DNA of 64,000 nt from Hypanus sabinus. Its lineage: Eukaryota. The number at the start of each line of letters is the position of its first letter. The stretch's first letter is position 1. The notes beneath the pieces are model-generated. The model was not told where the DNA came from. It was given only the letters and a program-made list of their open reading frames with translations, and did not search any database. Shown here piece after piece: positions 36,780-49,056 of the stretch. Location of the stretch: positions 167,586,001 to 167,650,000 of the forward strand of contig NC_082707.1 of assembly GCF_030144855.1 (NCBI RefSeq), in the 5' to 3' direction. The position numbers and the translations under genes were made by a program.

Positions 36780-37250
36780 AAGAGTAATAAATGTTTTTAT
36801 TATTATATCGAACAGAAAAGTATGGCTGAAGTGAATGTAAGTTCTTTGGAAGATGAGAAGGGGAATTAATATTAGGTAATGTGGAAATGGCCATAGCTTT
36901 GAACAACTATCTTGAGTTGATCTTCACGGTGGAGGACATGTCTAAGAAACCACAGAGAGATGTTATGGCTGTGATGGGAGCAAAATGGTGGGCCTAAAGG
37001 TAGACAATATCCCTGGTTCTGATGGGATGTCTCCAGGATACTGAAAGAAATGGCAAAAGTTATAGTAGATTTGTTTGTGATAACTTAACAAAATTCTCTG
37101 GACTCTGGCAAGATCTCAGTGTTAGACAGTGGATGTCACGCTACTGTTTAAAAACAGATGTAGGCAAAAGGCAGGTAACTGTAGGCCAGTTAGCTTAACA
37201 TCTGTAGTCGGGAAAATACTTTAAACAATCATCATGGAAGAAATAATGAG
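36780..37250 (+). mobile_element. CR1 ORF2 fragment
   Basis: ccctggttctgatgggatg..aactgtaggccagttagcttaacatctgtagtcggg (remnant of NYRPVSLTSVVG). Confidence 0.75.
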
Positions 37251-39102
37251 ATATTTCTCACAGTTTTCCGAAATATTGGAAAAAGTATTTGTAAGAAGGT
37301 TAAATGATTTTATAACAAACATAATATACTCTGTGAACAGCAATATGGTTTCAGAAAAAAACAGAACCGCTACAATAGCATTAATAGATTTTGTAGAAGA
37401 AATATCAACCGTTATAGAAAGAAATTAATACACAGTGGGAATATTCCTTGATCTAAAAAAAGCATTTGACACCATTGACCAGAAACTATAATTAACAAAA
37501 TTAGAAAGATATGGTATTGGAGCGGTAGCACACGACTGGTTAAGTAGTTATTTGGCAGACAGGTATCAGTATGCACATATAAACAAATAAAATTCAAAAC
37601 TTTTGAGGTTAACTTGTGGGGTTCCACAAGGTTCAGTGCTTGGTCCATTGCTGTTCATTTTGTATATAAACTATATATGTATGGTCTCTCAGACATTAAA
37701 ATGTTTATTATTCGCTGATGATACAGCTATATTTTGTAGTAGGGAACATCTGAAACAACTCTTGGATACAGTGAAGAAAGAACAAAGAACAATACAGCAC
37801 AGTACAGGCCATTTGGCCCACAATGTTGCGCTGACCCTTAAACCCTGCCTCCCATATAACCCCCCACCTTAAATTCCTCCATATACCTGTCTAGTATCTC
37901 CTAAATTTCACTATTGTATCTGCCTCCACCACTGACTCAGGCAGTGCATTCCACACGCCAACCACTCTTTGAGTAAAAAACCTTCCTCTAATATCCCCCT
38001 TGAACTTCCCACCCCTTACCTTAAAGCCATGTCCTCTTGTACTGAGCAGTGGTGCCCTGGGGAAGAGGCGCTGGCTGTCCGCTCAATTTATTCATCTTAA
38101 TATCTTGTATACCTCTATCATGTCTCCTCTCATCCTCCTTCTCTCCAGAGAGTAAAGCCCTAGCTCCCTTAATCTCTGATCATAATGGATACTCTCTAAA
38201 CCAGGCAGCATCCTGGTAAATCTCCTCTGTACCCTTTCCAATGCTTCCACATCCTTCCTATAGTGAGGCGATACAGTACTCCAAGTGTGGCCTAACCAGA
38301 ATTTTATAGAGCTCCATCATTACCCCATGACTCTTAAACTCTATCCCTGCACTTATGAAAACTAACACTCCATAAGCTTTAACTACCCTATCTACTGGTG
38401 AAGCAACTTTCAGGGATCTGTGGACAGGTACCCCCAGATCCCTGTGCTCCTCCACACACCCAAGTATCCTGCCATTTACTTTGTACTGAAAATTATAAAG
38501 AAATGGCTTGAAACTGACAAATTATCACTGAATCTAAGTAAAACTAAATTCATAATATTTGCAAACTGTGTACCAAACTCAATTAGTAAATTTAGAATAA
38601 ATGATGTTGAAATTGATAAGATATCTGAAACAAAATTTTTAGGAGTGATAATAGATAGTAAATTAAGCTGGATAAGAACAAATTTAAAAATTCATTGTAT
38701 TTCAGTCAGAGGGATGAATCTATGGAACAGTCGTAGTGAGAATTTCAAAACATGCACCACACTTAACAAGTTTAAAAAATTATTTAATGAACAAATATAA
38801 AATACATGATTTAAAATGAATGGGAGTAATGTAAATAAATGATGTTTGGAATTGGATTTTGTGTTAAAAGATTATGAATTTTTTTTTGTTTTGATGTGAT
38901 GATTGATGCCAAATATGTTGCTGTGTAAGTACGAGGCTGTAAGTACAGCCTAATAAGCTGTAGCTTCAGCCTACACCCTTTCCGTCTGTTTTAAAGAATA
39001 CCTATTTTTCGTGTTGTAATTTTGTCCTATGAAATCATCGTTGTAAATGATGCTTTGTGTTATGTTTATACTGACTGAAATAAATTAATTTCATTCATTC
39101 AA
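37251..39102 (+). mobile_element. AT-rich non-CR1 LINE (L2/Crack/Daphne-like RT), internally deleted, with nested CR1
   Basis: GIFLDLKKAFDTID, GVPQGSVLGPLLFILYIN, LLFADDT, KWLETDKLSLNLSKTKFIIF, KFLGVIIDSKLSW, and an aataaa..(TTCA)n tail. Confidence 0.8.
37777..38486 (-). mobile_element. Nested 5'-truncated CR1
   Basis: ORF 38258..38455 (RDLGVPVHRSLK..LVRPHLEYC) and a ttctttg tail. Confidence 0.88.
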
Positions 39103-39132
39103 ATGGTTCCAACAGACACAGACACAGCATGT

Positions 39133-39550
39133 ATTCAAAGTTCAAAGTAAATTGATTATCAAGGTACACACAGTATATGTCACACAAACTACACACAAAG
39201 ACAAACAACCAAGGTACTAAAGAAGACAAACCCTGCAATACAAAATATAATAAAAATAAATAAATAATACTAAGTCCCTGAAAGTGAGTCCATAGGATTA
39301 TGGAATCAGTTCAGAGTTGAAGTGAGTGAACTGGTTCAAGAGCCTAATGATTGAAGGGTAATAACTGTTGCTGAATCTATTGATGTGGGACCTATGGCGC
39401 ATGAATGTCCTTCCCGATGGCAACAGCAAAAACAAAGCATGGCCTGGATGATGGGGGGGTCCTTGGTGATGGGTGCTGCTTTCTTGTGGCAACGCTCCTT
39501 GTAGATGTGCTCAGAGGTGGGGAGGGCTTTCCCCGATGGACTGGGCATGA
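39133..39550 (-). mobile_element. Rex1/Babar 3' fragment
   Basis: ORF 39298..39492 'HHPGHALFLLLPSGR..RFSNSYYPSIIRLLN' and a (TTTGAAC)n tail. Confidence 0.85.
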
Positions 39551-40057
39551 AGAGCATGTCTTGTCTGACAAACATACTTGAGCTTTTTGAGGATGTAATC
39601 AGCACAGTGGATAGAGGGGAAGAGGTGGATGTTGTGTATTAGATTTCCAGAAGGCGTTCGATAAGGTGCTGCATAAAAGACTTGTCTATAGGATAAGGAT
39701 GAAAGGAACTGAGGTTAATATATTATTACGGATCGAGGATAGCAGAGAGTTGGGAAAAAATTGGTGTTTCTCTGGTTGGCAGCCAGTGGTGTGTAGATTG
39801 TTGCAGGGGTCAGTACTGGGCCCACAACTGTTCATGATATTCATTAACAATTTGGAAGTGGGGAGCAAACGCAGCTTATCTAAATTTGCTGACGACACTA
39901 AGTTACCTGGAAAAGCAAATCATGCAGAGAATGCACAGAGAGGCATAAATAGATTAAGTAAGTACGATGTTGGTAAATGCAAGGTCATCCACATTGGAAG
40001 GAAAAATAGAAAATCAGATTATTATTTAAATAGTGAAAGATTGTGGCATGCTGTTAT

Positions 40058-43000
40058 TGTCATGGTCCCTTCTGGCAATCCCCCACCTGGCTATTTACCT
40101 CAGGAATTGGGCCTCAGTCCCCTCGTTTAGTTTCCAATCATTCCCAGGTTCCACTAACTACACACACCTGCTTTCCATCAGCAAATGCAGGATTAAAAGC
40201 TCTGTGATCACAACAAGGAGCTGCCAGTTCGTTGGTCGACTCCGGTGTGAGTAACCTTGTTTCATGGTTCTTAGGACTGCCAGTTCTAAGTCTAGCATTG
40301 CTCCTGGATACCGATTCCATGCTCGCTACGTCAATAATGTCTCCCGACTCTGCCTCCGCGCCCGTGTTCTGCACTTGGGTTTGTCCACCGCCTTGCTCGT
40401 GTAACAGAACGAACTGGCCATAATGAACCCAGCGGACACAGATCCTGTACAACAGGCCCTTGCCAGTCAGGGCCTACTGTGTGCCCACGACCAACTACTT
40501 AGGGAGGTCATGGAAAACCTTCGGACGCTGTCCACAACTGTCTGGTAAGGATGCCGCTAAGTGCTTCCTGACTCTTTGTCAGGGTTCATGAAGGTGGAGA
40601 AATGTGAGTTCCATGTTCCTTCGGTCAGCTTTCTGGGTTATATCATCGAGAGCGGGCAGGTAAGAGCAGACCCCAAGAAGATCTGGGCAGTGGAAGAATG
40701 GCCTAGGCCCACGACCTGCAAACAACTTCAACGATTCCTGGGGTTTGCACATTTCTACTGCCAATTTATGAGACTACAGTAGAGTGGTGGCCTCACTTAC
40801 CCAGTTTACATCACCTACTACCCCCTTCTGTTGGGACTCCAAAGCTGACTCGGCGTTCAGCGACCTGAAGAGGTGGTTCACCACCGCTCCCATCCGGACC
40901 CAGCCCGTCAATTCATTGTTGAGGTGGATGCTTCTGACTCTGGGATATGAGCAGTCCTGTCCCAGTGATCAAGTTAGGACAAAAAGCTTCACCCCTGCGC
41001 TTTCTATTCTCACCGACTGTGCCTCGCCAAGCGGAATTAAGATGTGGGGAATCGGGAACTCCTGATGGTCAAACTAGCATTGGAAGAATGGATGCACTGG
41101 CTGGAGGGGGCTGAACAACCATTTGTGGTATGGACTGATCATAAAAACCTGGGGTTTGAAATCCCACTAGGCCCATTGGGCATCATTTTTTTTTTTGGAC
41201 GGTTCAAGTTTTCCCTCACATATGGTCTGGGGTCCAAGAACGGGAAGCCGGACGCGCTCTCCCGCCAATACGACTCCAAGGAGGACACTTCCAGCCCAGG
41301 GACTATCCTCTCACCGTCCTGCGTGGTTGCCACCCTCACTTGGGAGATCAAATCGAAGGTAAAAGAGGCCCAGTGGGATGACCCCGACCCCGGCCCGTAT
41401 GTGCCCGTTTCCGTTAGGCCTCAAGTTCTCCAATGGGGGCACACGTCCTGGTTCGCCTGCCACCCTGGGAGTGATCAGACCCTAGCGCTTCTGGAAAAAC
41501 ACTTCTGGTGGCCGACCATGGAGGCGGATACCAGTTCCTATGTCCTATGTCTTGGCATGTTCCATCTGTGCCTGGGGAAAAGCCTCCCATCAGCCACCTT
41601 CAGGTTTACTTCATCCTCTATCTGTCCCTGGTCGTCCCTGGTCACACATCACCCTAGACTTCAACACCGGTCTACCCACTTTGCATGGGAAAACCACCGT
41701 ACTCACCGTGGTAGACCGGTTCTCCAAGGTTGTTCACTTTGTAGTCCTCCCTAAACTCCCTTCCTCTCAAGAAACCACAGATCTTCTCATCCGCCACATC
41801 TTCTGTCTCCACAGAATCCCTGCAGACATCGTCTCCAATCCTGGTCCCCAGTTTATCTCACAGGTATGGAAGGCCTTCTGTCAAGCCTTAGGTGCATCGG
41901 TCAGCTTCCACCCCCAGACGGACGGTCAGACGAAACGGGTCAACCAAGACTTGGAGGCGATGCTACATTGTGTAACGGCAAACAACCCATCGACCTGGAG
42001 TGACCACCTCCCGTGGGTTGAGTATGCCGATGACTCTCTGGTGAGCTCTGCCATTGGAAGGTCTCCATTCCAGTGTTCCTTGGGGTACCAAACCGCACTG
42101 TTCCCCACGCAAGAAAATGAGATTGCGGTACTGTTGGTTCAGGACCATATAGATTGGTGCCTTAAGGTTTGGAAGCAGACATGATCGGCCCTACTCAGAT
42201 CAGCAAACGCAATAAGAAGACGGCTGACCGACACCGGACTCCGGCACCTGAGTACCAACCAGGGCAGATGGTGTGACTTGCATCCAAGGACCTCAATTGG
42301 ACCTCAATCTCCTCGTTTAGTTTCCAATCATTCCCAGGTTCCACTAACTACACACACCCGCTTTCCATCAACAAATGCAGAAAATAAGCAGGCAGACTAT
42401 TATTTAAATGGAGAGAGAATTCAAAGTTCTGAGATGCAATGGGATTTGGGAGTTCTGTTGCAAGATACCCTTAAAGTTACCCTCCAGGTTGAGTTGGAGG
42501 TGAAGAAGGTGAATGCAATGTTGGCATTCATTTCTAGAGGAATAGAGTATAGGAGCAGGGATGTGATGTTGAGGCTCTGTAAGGCACTGATAAGACCTCA
42601 CTTGGAATACTGTGTGCAGTTTTGGACTCCCTATTTAAGAAAGGATATGCTGACATTGGAGAGGGTTCAGAGAAGATTCACTAGAATGATTCCGGGAATG
42701 AGAGGATTAACATATGAGGAACGTTTGACCGCTCTTGGACTGTACTCCTTGGAGTTTAGAAGAATGAGGGGGGACCTCCTAGAAACATTTCAAATGTTGA
42801 AAGGCATGGACAGAGAGGATGTGGCAAAGTTGTTTCCCATGGTGGGGGAGTCTAGTACGCGAGGACATGACTTGAGGATTGCAGGGCGCCCATTCAGAAC
42901 AGAGATGAGAAAATTTTTTTTAGCCAGAGGGTGGTGAATCTGTGGAATTTGTTGCCACGGGCGGCAGTGGAGGCCAAGTCATTGGGTGTATTTAAAGCAG

Positions 43001-43362
43001 AGATTGATAGGTATCTGAGTAGCCAGGGCTTCAAAGGTTATGGTGAGAAGGCAGGGTAATGGGACTAAAGGGAAGATTGGATCAGCTCATGATGAAATGG
43101 CAGAGCAGACTCGATGGGCCGAATGGCTGACTTGTGCTCCTTTGTCTTATGGTCTTATGATAAAAACCCTGTGATCACAACAAGGAGTTGGTTGACTCCG
43201 GTGTGAGTAACCTCATTTCATGGCTCTTAGGACTGCCAGTTCTAAGTCTGGCATCACTCCTGGATACCGATTCCATGCTCGCTACGTCAAGAACACCTCC
43301 CGACTCTGCCTCCGCGCCTGTGTTCTGTACTTGGGTTCGTCTACCACCTCGCTCGTGTAACA
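40058..43362 (+). mobile_element. Gypsy LTR retrotransposon (sushi-like), internally deleted, with 5-bp TSD
   Basis: 5' LTR 40058-40406 (TGTCA..TAACA). TSD GTTAT at 40053-40057 and 43363-43367. Gag start MNPA. RT '[14 protein letters not shown]'. RNase H 'GNRELLMVKLALEEW'. Integrase 'H..HPG..C..C', 'VVDRFSK', '[13 protein letters not shown]'. 3' LTR at ~42295-43362 is split by a CR1. Confidence 0.93.
42385..43160 (+). mobile_element. Young 5'-truncated CR1 inserted in the 3' LTR
   Basis: Open reading through ORF 42278..42937 and a (TCTTATGG)n tail. Confidence 0.92.
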
Positions 43363-44620
43363 GTTATTTAGAAGGACTTGGGGTGCTTGTGCATGAATCA
43401 CAAAAGATTAGGTTGCAGGTGCAACAGGTTATCAGGAAGACAAATGGAATGCTGACCTTCATTGCTAGAGAGATTGAATTTTAAAAGCAGGGAGATTATG
43501 ATGCAACAGATGAGGCTGCACCTGGACAACAGTGTACTGTTTTGGTATCCTTACTTGAGTAAAGATATACAGGCTTTGGAGGAAGTGCAGAGGAGGTTTA
43601 TAAGATTGATTCTGGAGATGAGGAGTTACCCTTGAGGAGAGATTGGGACACCTAGGCCTATACTCACTGGAACTCTGAAGAATAAGAGGGGATTTTAAAG
43701 AAACATAGAGAATTATGAAAAGGATAGATAAGTTAGAGACAGGGAAGTTATTTCCACTGATAAAGTAAAACTACGGGACATTGCCTCAAGATCAGAGGAA
43801 TAGATTTAGGATGGGGATGAGGAGAAATTGGATTCCCCCCTCTCTACCACCAGAGAGTAGTGAACCTTTAGAATTCTCTGCCCAGAGAAGCAGTAGAAGT
43901 GATCTTGTTAAGTATACTTAAGAAACAAGTAGCTAGATTTTTGTATAGCAGGGGAATTATGAGTTATGGAGGGGGAAAGTCTGTTGCCAGATCAGCCATG
44001 ATCATATTTAATGGTGGAACAGGCTCAATTAGCCAGATAGCCTATTCCTGCAGCTATTTCTTATGTTCTCATGTTATTATGCTCAGGGTCCAGAATAAAA
44101 AAATGTTTTGCTCCATTCAGAATTATAAATTTCTTAATTTCTCCTACTGTTTCTATTCTGATCACTTGCAGATGACAGGAAGTTGGAACGGGTGTTGAAT
44201 GCGTTGATAAAACAATGCCTTTACTATTGGTAGCTCATTAGGCATGTAGCACATTATTTGACCAGAGTCAAGACAAGGACATTTGAAGTGTAATATTTCT
44301 AATGTACAATAAATGAACTGAAGCTGAATACTTTCATGCAACTTTACAATTATTTTCATTATGTTCTCTCATTGCCCTCTCATTATCTGGGGGCATTTCA
44401 GTCAATTAGGCTTTTCTCCCCAAGTAGAATCATAGTTGCATTCCGATTCTGTCAGTGCCAGATTCCTACATTTCAACAGTTCCAATTATTTATCCCTTTA
44501 ACTCCACAGTGCCTGCCCCATAATCCTCTGAATCCCCATGGTTTTTCCACATGGTTATTTCAATGGTGCCGATGATGGGCCTACGAGAAGAATATATGAA
44601 GAAGATGGAAGTCTAAAATA

Positions 44621-45096
44621 CGAGGAGTGATCGATAAGTTCATGGCCTAAGGCAGAAGGAGTAAATTTTGGAAAACATAGCACATTTATTTTTTCTATAT
44701 TCACACACTTAGTCCAGTGGTCGTGGAGCATACGGATCCCTTCTGTGCAGCCTCTTGGACCTTCAGAACTGGTCCACAGCATGGGGTGATTGATAAGTTC
44801 ATGGCCTACAGTAGGAGATGAGTTATTAACTTCAAATTTCCTGCATTTTCACTCAAAGAGTTGAACTGCATGTGTGTGTAAGGACAGCTGTATAACTCAT
44901 CTCCTTCTACTGTAGGCCACAAACTTATCAATCACCCCGCTGTGGACCACTTCTACAAAGAAGGGATCCGTATGCTCCACAACCGCTGGACTAGGTGTGT
45001 ACATGTAGGAGGGGACTATGTTGAAAAATAAATGTGCGAGGTTTTCTAAAATTGAGTCCTTCTGCCTTAGGCCACAAACTTATCAATCACCCCTTG
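44621..45096. mobile_element. Palindromic mariner-derived MITE with nested TIRs
   Basis: TA flanks. Outer TIRs CGAGG(A)GTGATCGATAAGTTCATGGCCTAAGG and its reverse complement; inner TIR pair at 44783-44826 and 44892-44938. Both arms carry the transposase C-terminus FYKEGIRMLH.RWT.CV..GGDYVEK*. Confidence 0.9.
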
Positions 45097-46174
45097 TAGA
45101 AACTTAAAATGCTGGAAATACTCAATACATCTGTTGGAAGAGAAATATAGTTAATATTTCAGGTTTAAGTGGAAGAGGACTACATGGATAGGAATAACAG
45201 AAAAAGAGTAATTATGGATATATTCTTTTTGGCTGCACTTGCACAGCAACAACACATATTTGACTAGAGGAAATCCTCATCTTCTGCCATTTCATCACCA
45301 ATTTCTAATAAATATTTCTAATAAAACAGCTGTAGCTATTTATTGCAATGTTTGTGAGTTCACCCAATTCTTCAGCCTGCAGAATCTGAACAGCAGCAGT
45401 TCATTTTCTAGATGTAGCAGGTTTCTTTAGCTTTGTGTTTATTTCATTCAAATTTTCTCAGTTATAATAATGTTGAAAGAACAAAGAAAGCATGAAAGAG
45501 CAGAAAGGAGTAAAATTATTCCTAAATCCAATTCCTATGCAAATTTATAAATTATCACTACAAACGTTTTCCTTCTCCATGAGGAAATACTTTCTGGATT
45601 ACAGCTAATATCATAAGTATGTAGATCTGTGAGCAAAGCTCTATAAAGGTTGAATTATAAATTCTTCTAGATTTGGTATTTTAATTAGCTTTCTGTATGA
45701 CCGTGACTAGACTTCAGTTGTAATATACTTGTTATAATCGTGTAAAATACGATGCAGGTTGTCTCTTCCTCCAAAAACCTCCAGCTGCGTTAGGGTTAAG
45801 CAGTATGATGTGCCTGCTACACCCCCTTGTGAGCACATTTACTAACACCTTAAGCATGGAACCAAGATAATAGCTATCAATGGTTTCTGGTGAATGCACT
45901 GCAACTCCATGCAATGGTGTAGATAGAAATGCTCACTTTGAGCCTACGTACAGAAAGATTGGGGATCTAGCTGCATTATTGTATAATTATTATAAACTGC
46001 TGGAAATGACTGCAATTGCAGAAGAAGCTATTGAGTCTAAGTATGAAATGATGGCTGTGGGAGGCCAAAAGGCAAGTAAATCTGACAAGATGTGTAACAG
46101 TGAATTGTTCTGTGGGCGTGGGCTGCTCTAGTTATTTGCGTATGGGAGGCTGCAGGCCTATCTGATTCAGAGAG

Positions 46175-46432
46175 CATAGTGGTTAGCACAACACTATTAC
46201 AGCTTGTGGCGTTGGGGTTTAGAGTTCAATACTGGTGTCCCCTGTAAGGAGTCTCTGTCACCCTCCCTGTGGAATGTGGTTTTCTCCAGGTACTCCAGTT
46301 TTCTCCTGACCAGGTAGGTCAATGGTCATTGTAAATCGTCCCGTGATTAGGTTAGGGTTGAATCGGGGTTGCTGGGCAGGGCAGCACAAAGGCTCAGAAA
46401 GGCCTGTTCTGCGCTGTATCACTAAATAAAAT
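46175..46432 (+). mobile_element. V-SINE (HE1-like tRNA-derived SINE)
   Basis: A box tagtggttag, B box gagttcaat, V-domain-like ggttttctccaggtactccagttttctcc, CR1-like 3' tail and (TAAA)n. Confidence 0.72.
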
Positions 46433-49056
46433 AGCTTCAATGTTTCTTTCAGTTATTTCCACTGGTTTTTCTGTGAGAATAAAATCACCTAAAGCATTTT
46501 CTGAAGCACGTCCAGCTCTTGAAACCATTGCACATATTGTGAAAACAAGACTCAAGTGCTCAATCACATATTGGCTCAAACATTTAGAAAAGCCGGAGCT
46601 ACAAAAGTAACAAATAATATTTTAGCACATCTGGTAAGATGCCAGCTATCAAGATAATTTCCTCGTGACCATTATTGATTTTAATTTTGTGGGTATAATG
46701 GCTTACATCTGGGATTAAGCTGTTGTGTTTTTGCCAAGTGATTCTAGTACATTGAATAGAAGCATTGTTAATCAGATGATCAGTGAGTAGATACAGTGAC
46801 GACTTCTTTCATTATTTTACTGATGATTGGGTGAAGCCAATATTCTGGTTTATTACCAAGAAACTGGATCTATCAGTACATGATTTTTATGTGCACAAAT
46901 CAGGCGTTGCATATTACATCCATTGCTGCCATTAACTGGACCATTTGCAGTACAATACATTATGCTGCTTATTGTATTTGTGTCTATGTTAATGGATGCC
47001 CCGTTGACTTTACTGACTTAATTATGTGGATTCAGACTGCGCAAATACCTTCCAGAGAGCTGAGCGGCTATTCGTGAGTGTTTTCTCCAACACTTAACTG
47101 CTGCAATATCCATTCACTGGGCCCCTGACTGGCAGATATCAATTGTAATGTGAGCGATGGGCCTAACAGGGTGAGCTGGAGTTCTTGAATTGGTGATCTA
47201 TACCACCCTGTATGGTCAAGCATTTCCACTGTCCTCAAGGATATAACATCCTACTCGGACCTGACCTTACATCGGCAAATCAGTATTGTTATGCAAACCT
47301 AACGGTTCATCCGGTCACAAATGAAAGTGTGTGCCTCTGGGTGCACGCCGCTATGGCAACCAATTATGGCACAATACTGCTTTGGAGCTAAGCCAAGATG
47401 CCAGATTACCCGACCACTTACATCACTGATGGAAATTTAATTAATATTTCCCTTGTTCATCGTTGTCAAAGATGTGTTGTGTGGAACAGATTTTGTATTT
47501 GAATAATTATTCACAGGCTCGTTAAAAGGTTCATTTACCACTCGGTTCTAATTCACTATCTCTAAAGTGTGCTATACTTTATATGACAAAACCAATTGCA
47601 CTTTATCTGACAAGGCTCAGGCGGCAATTTGAGAATTGTGTACAACTCAGTTTCAGAGTTCAAAGTAAAATTATCATCAAAGTACAGAAATGTCACCATA
47701 TACAACCTGAAGATTTATTTTCTTGTGCGCATTCACAGTAAATAGAAAGAAACGCATTATAAACAATGAAAAATTGTACGCAACAAAGGTGGGCAAACAA
47801 CTAATGTGCAAAAAAACCAACAAATTGTTCAAATACAAAAATAAAATAATAAAAATCAATAAATTAATAAATAATATTGAGAACATCAGAGGTAGAGTCC
47901 TTGAAAATAAGTCCAAAAGTTGTGGAATCAGTGCCGAGCTGGGGTGAATGAAGTTATCCCCACCGGTTCAAGAGCCTGATGGCTGAGGGGTAATAACTGT
48001 TCCTGAACCTGGTGGTGTGGGACCCAAGGCTCCTGTTTACTTCCTGATGTCAGCAATGGGAAGAGAGCATGGCCTGAATTGTGTGGGTGCTTGCCGGTGG
48101 ATGCAGCTTTCCTGCGCACAGTGTTCCCTGTAGATGTGTTCAATGGTGGGGAGGGCTTCAGCCCTGCTCACTACTTTCTGTAGTCTTTTATGTGCAAGGG
48201 CAATGGTTTTTCCATATCAGGCTGTGATGCAACCAGTCAGTATACTCTCCACTGAACATCGATAGACACTTGTCAAAGTTTTTGGTGAAATGACAAATCT
48301 TTGCTAACTTCTCAGAAAGCTGAGATGCTGCTATGACTTTTTGTAATGGCACCTACATGCTGGACTCGGGATAGATCCTCTGAAAGGAAAACACTGAGAA
48401 AATTTAAGGTTGCTCCCCATCTCCACGTCTGATCCCCTGATGAGGACTGGCTCATGAACCTCCAATTTCCTCCTCCCGTAGTCAATAATTAGCACTTTGA
48501 TTTTGCTGATGTTGTGTGAGAGGTCATTGCTGTGGCAACATTCAGACAGATTTTCACTCTCCACCCTCTATGTTGATTCATCGCCACCTTTTATTTCACC
48601 AGCAGCAGCGATGTCATCAGCAAACTTAAATATGGTGTTGGAGCAGTGCTTAGCCTCACAGTCTCAAGTATAAAGCCAACAGAGCAGGGGGCGAAGCGCA
48701 CAGCCTTGTGGCGCACTTGTGCTGACGGTGACTGTTGTTGCCAAGCGGAACTGACTGGGGTTTGCAAGAAGGAAATTAAAGATCCATTTGCATGAGGAAG
48801 GTACTGAGGCCTAGGTCCTGGGGCTCTTTGATTCATTTTGAGGGATGATCGTGTTGAATACAGAGCAGCAGTCAATGAAGTGCATCCTGATGTATGCATT
48901 TTCACTGTCCAGATGTTCCACGTTTGAGTGAAGAGCCAATGAAATGGCATCAGCTGTTGACCCATTGCTCCGGTAGGCAAATTGGAGCGGATCCAAGCTG
49001 CTTCTCAGGCAGGAGTTGATAAGTTTCATCATCACCCTCTCAAAGCATTTCAGCAA

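Larger units (their letters stand above)
39550..44075 (+). mobile_element. CR1 RT/3' fragment split by the Gypsy insertion at 40058-43362
   Basis: LQGSVLGPQLF..FADDTKL..WHAV before the insertion and LGVLVHESQK after it. Confidence 0.85.

Noticed and set aside
44783-44800. Origin of the 25-bp satellite from the mariner TIR (GGGTGAT..GATA.GTTC similarity)
   Set aside because: The match is only two short words and needs a gap, and there is no mariner sequence flanking the array.
45732-46131. ORFs 45880..46131 (+) and 45732..45914 (-) as host coding sequence
   Set aside because: Short, no recognisable domain, and splice signals are inconsistent.
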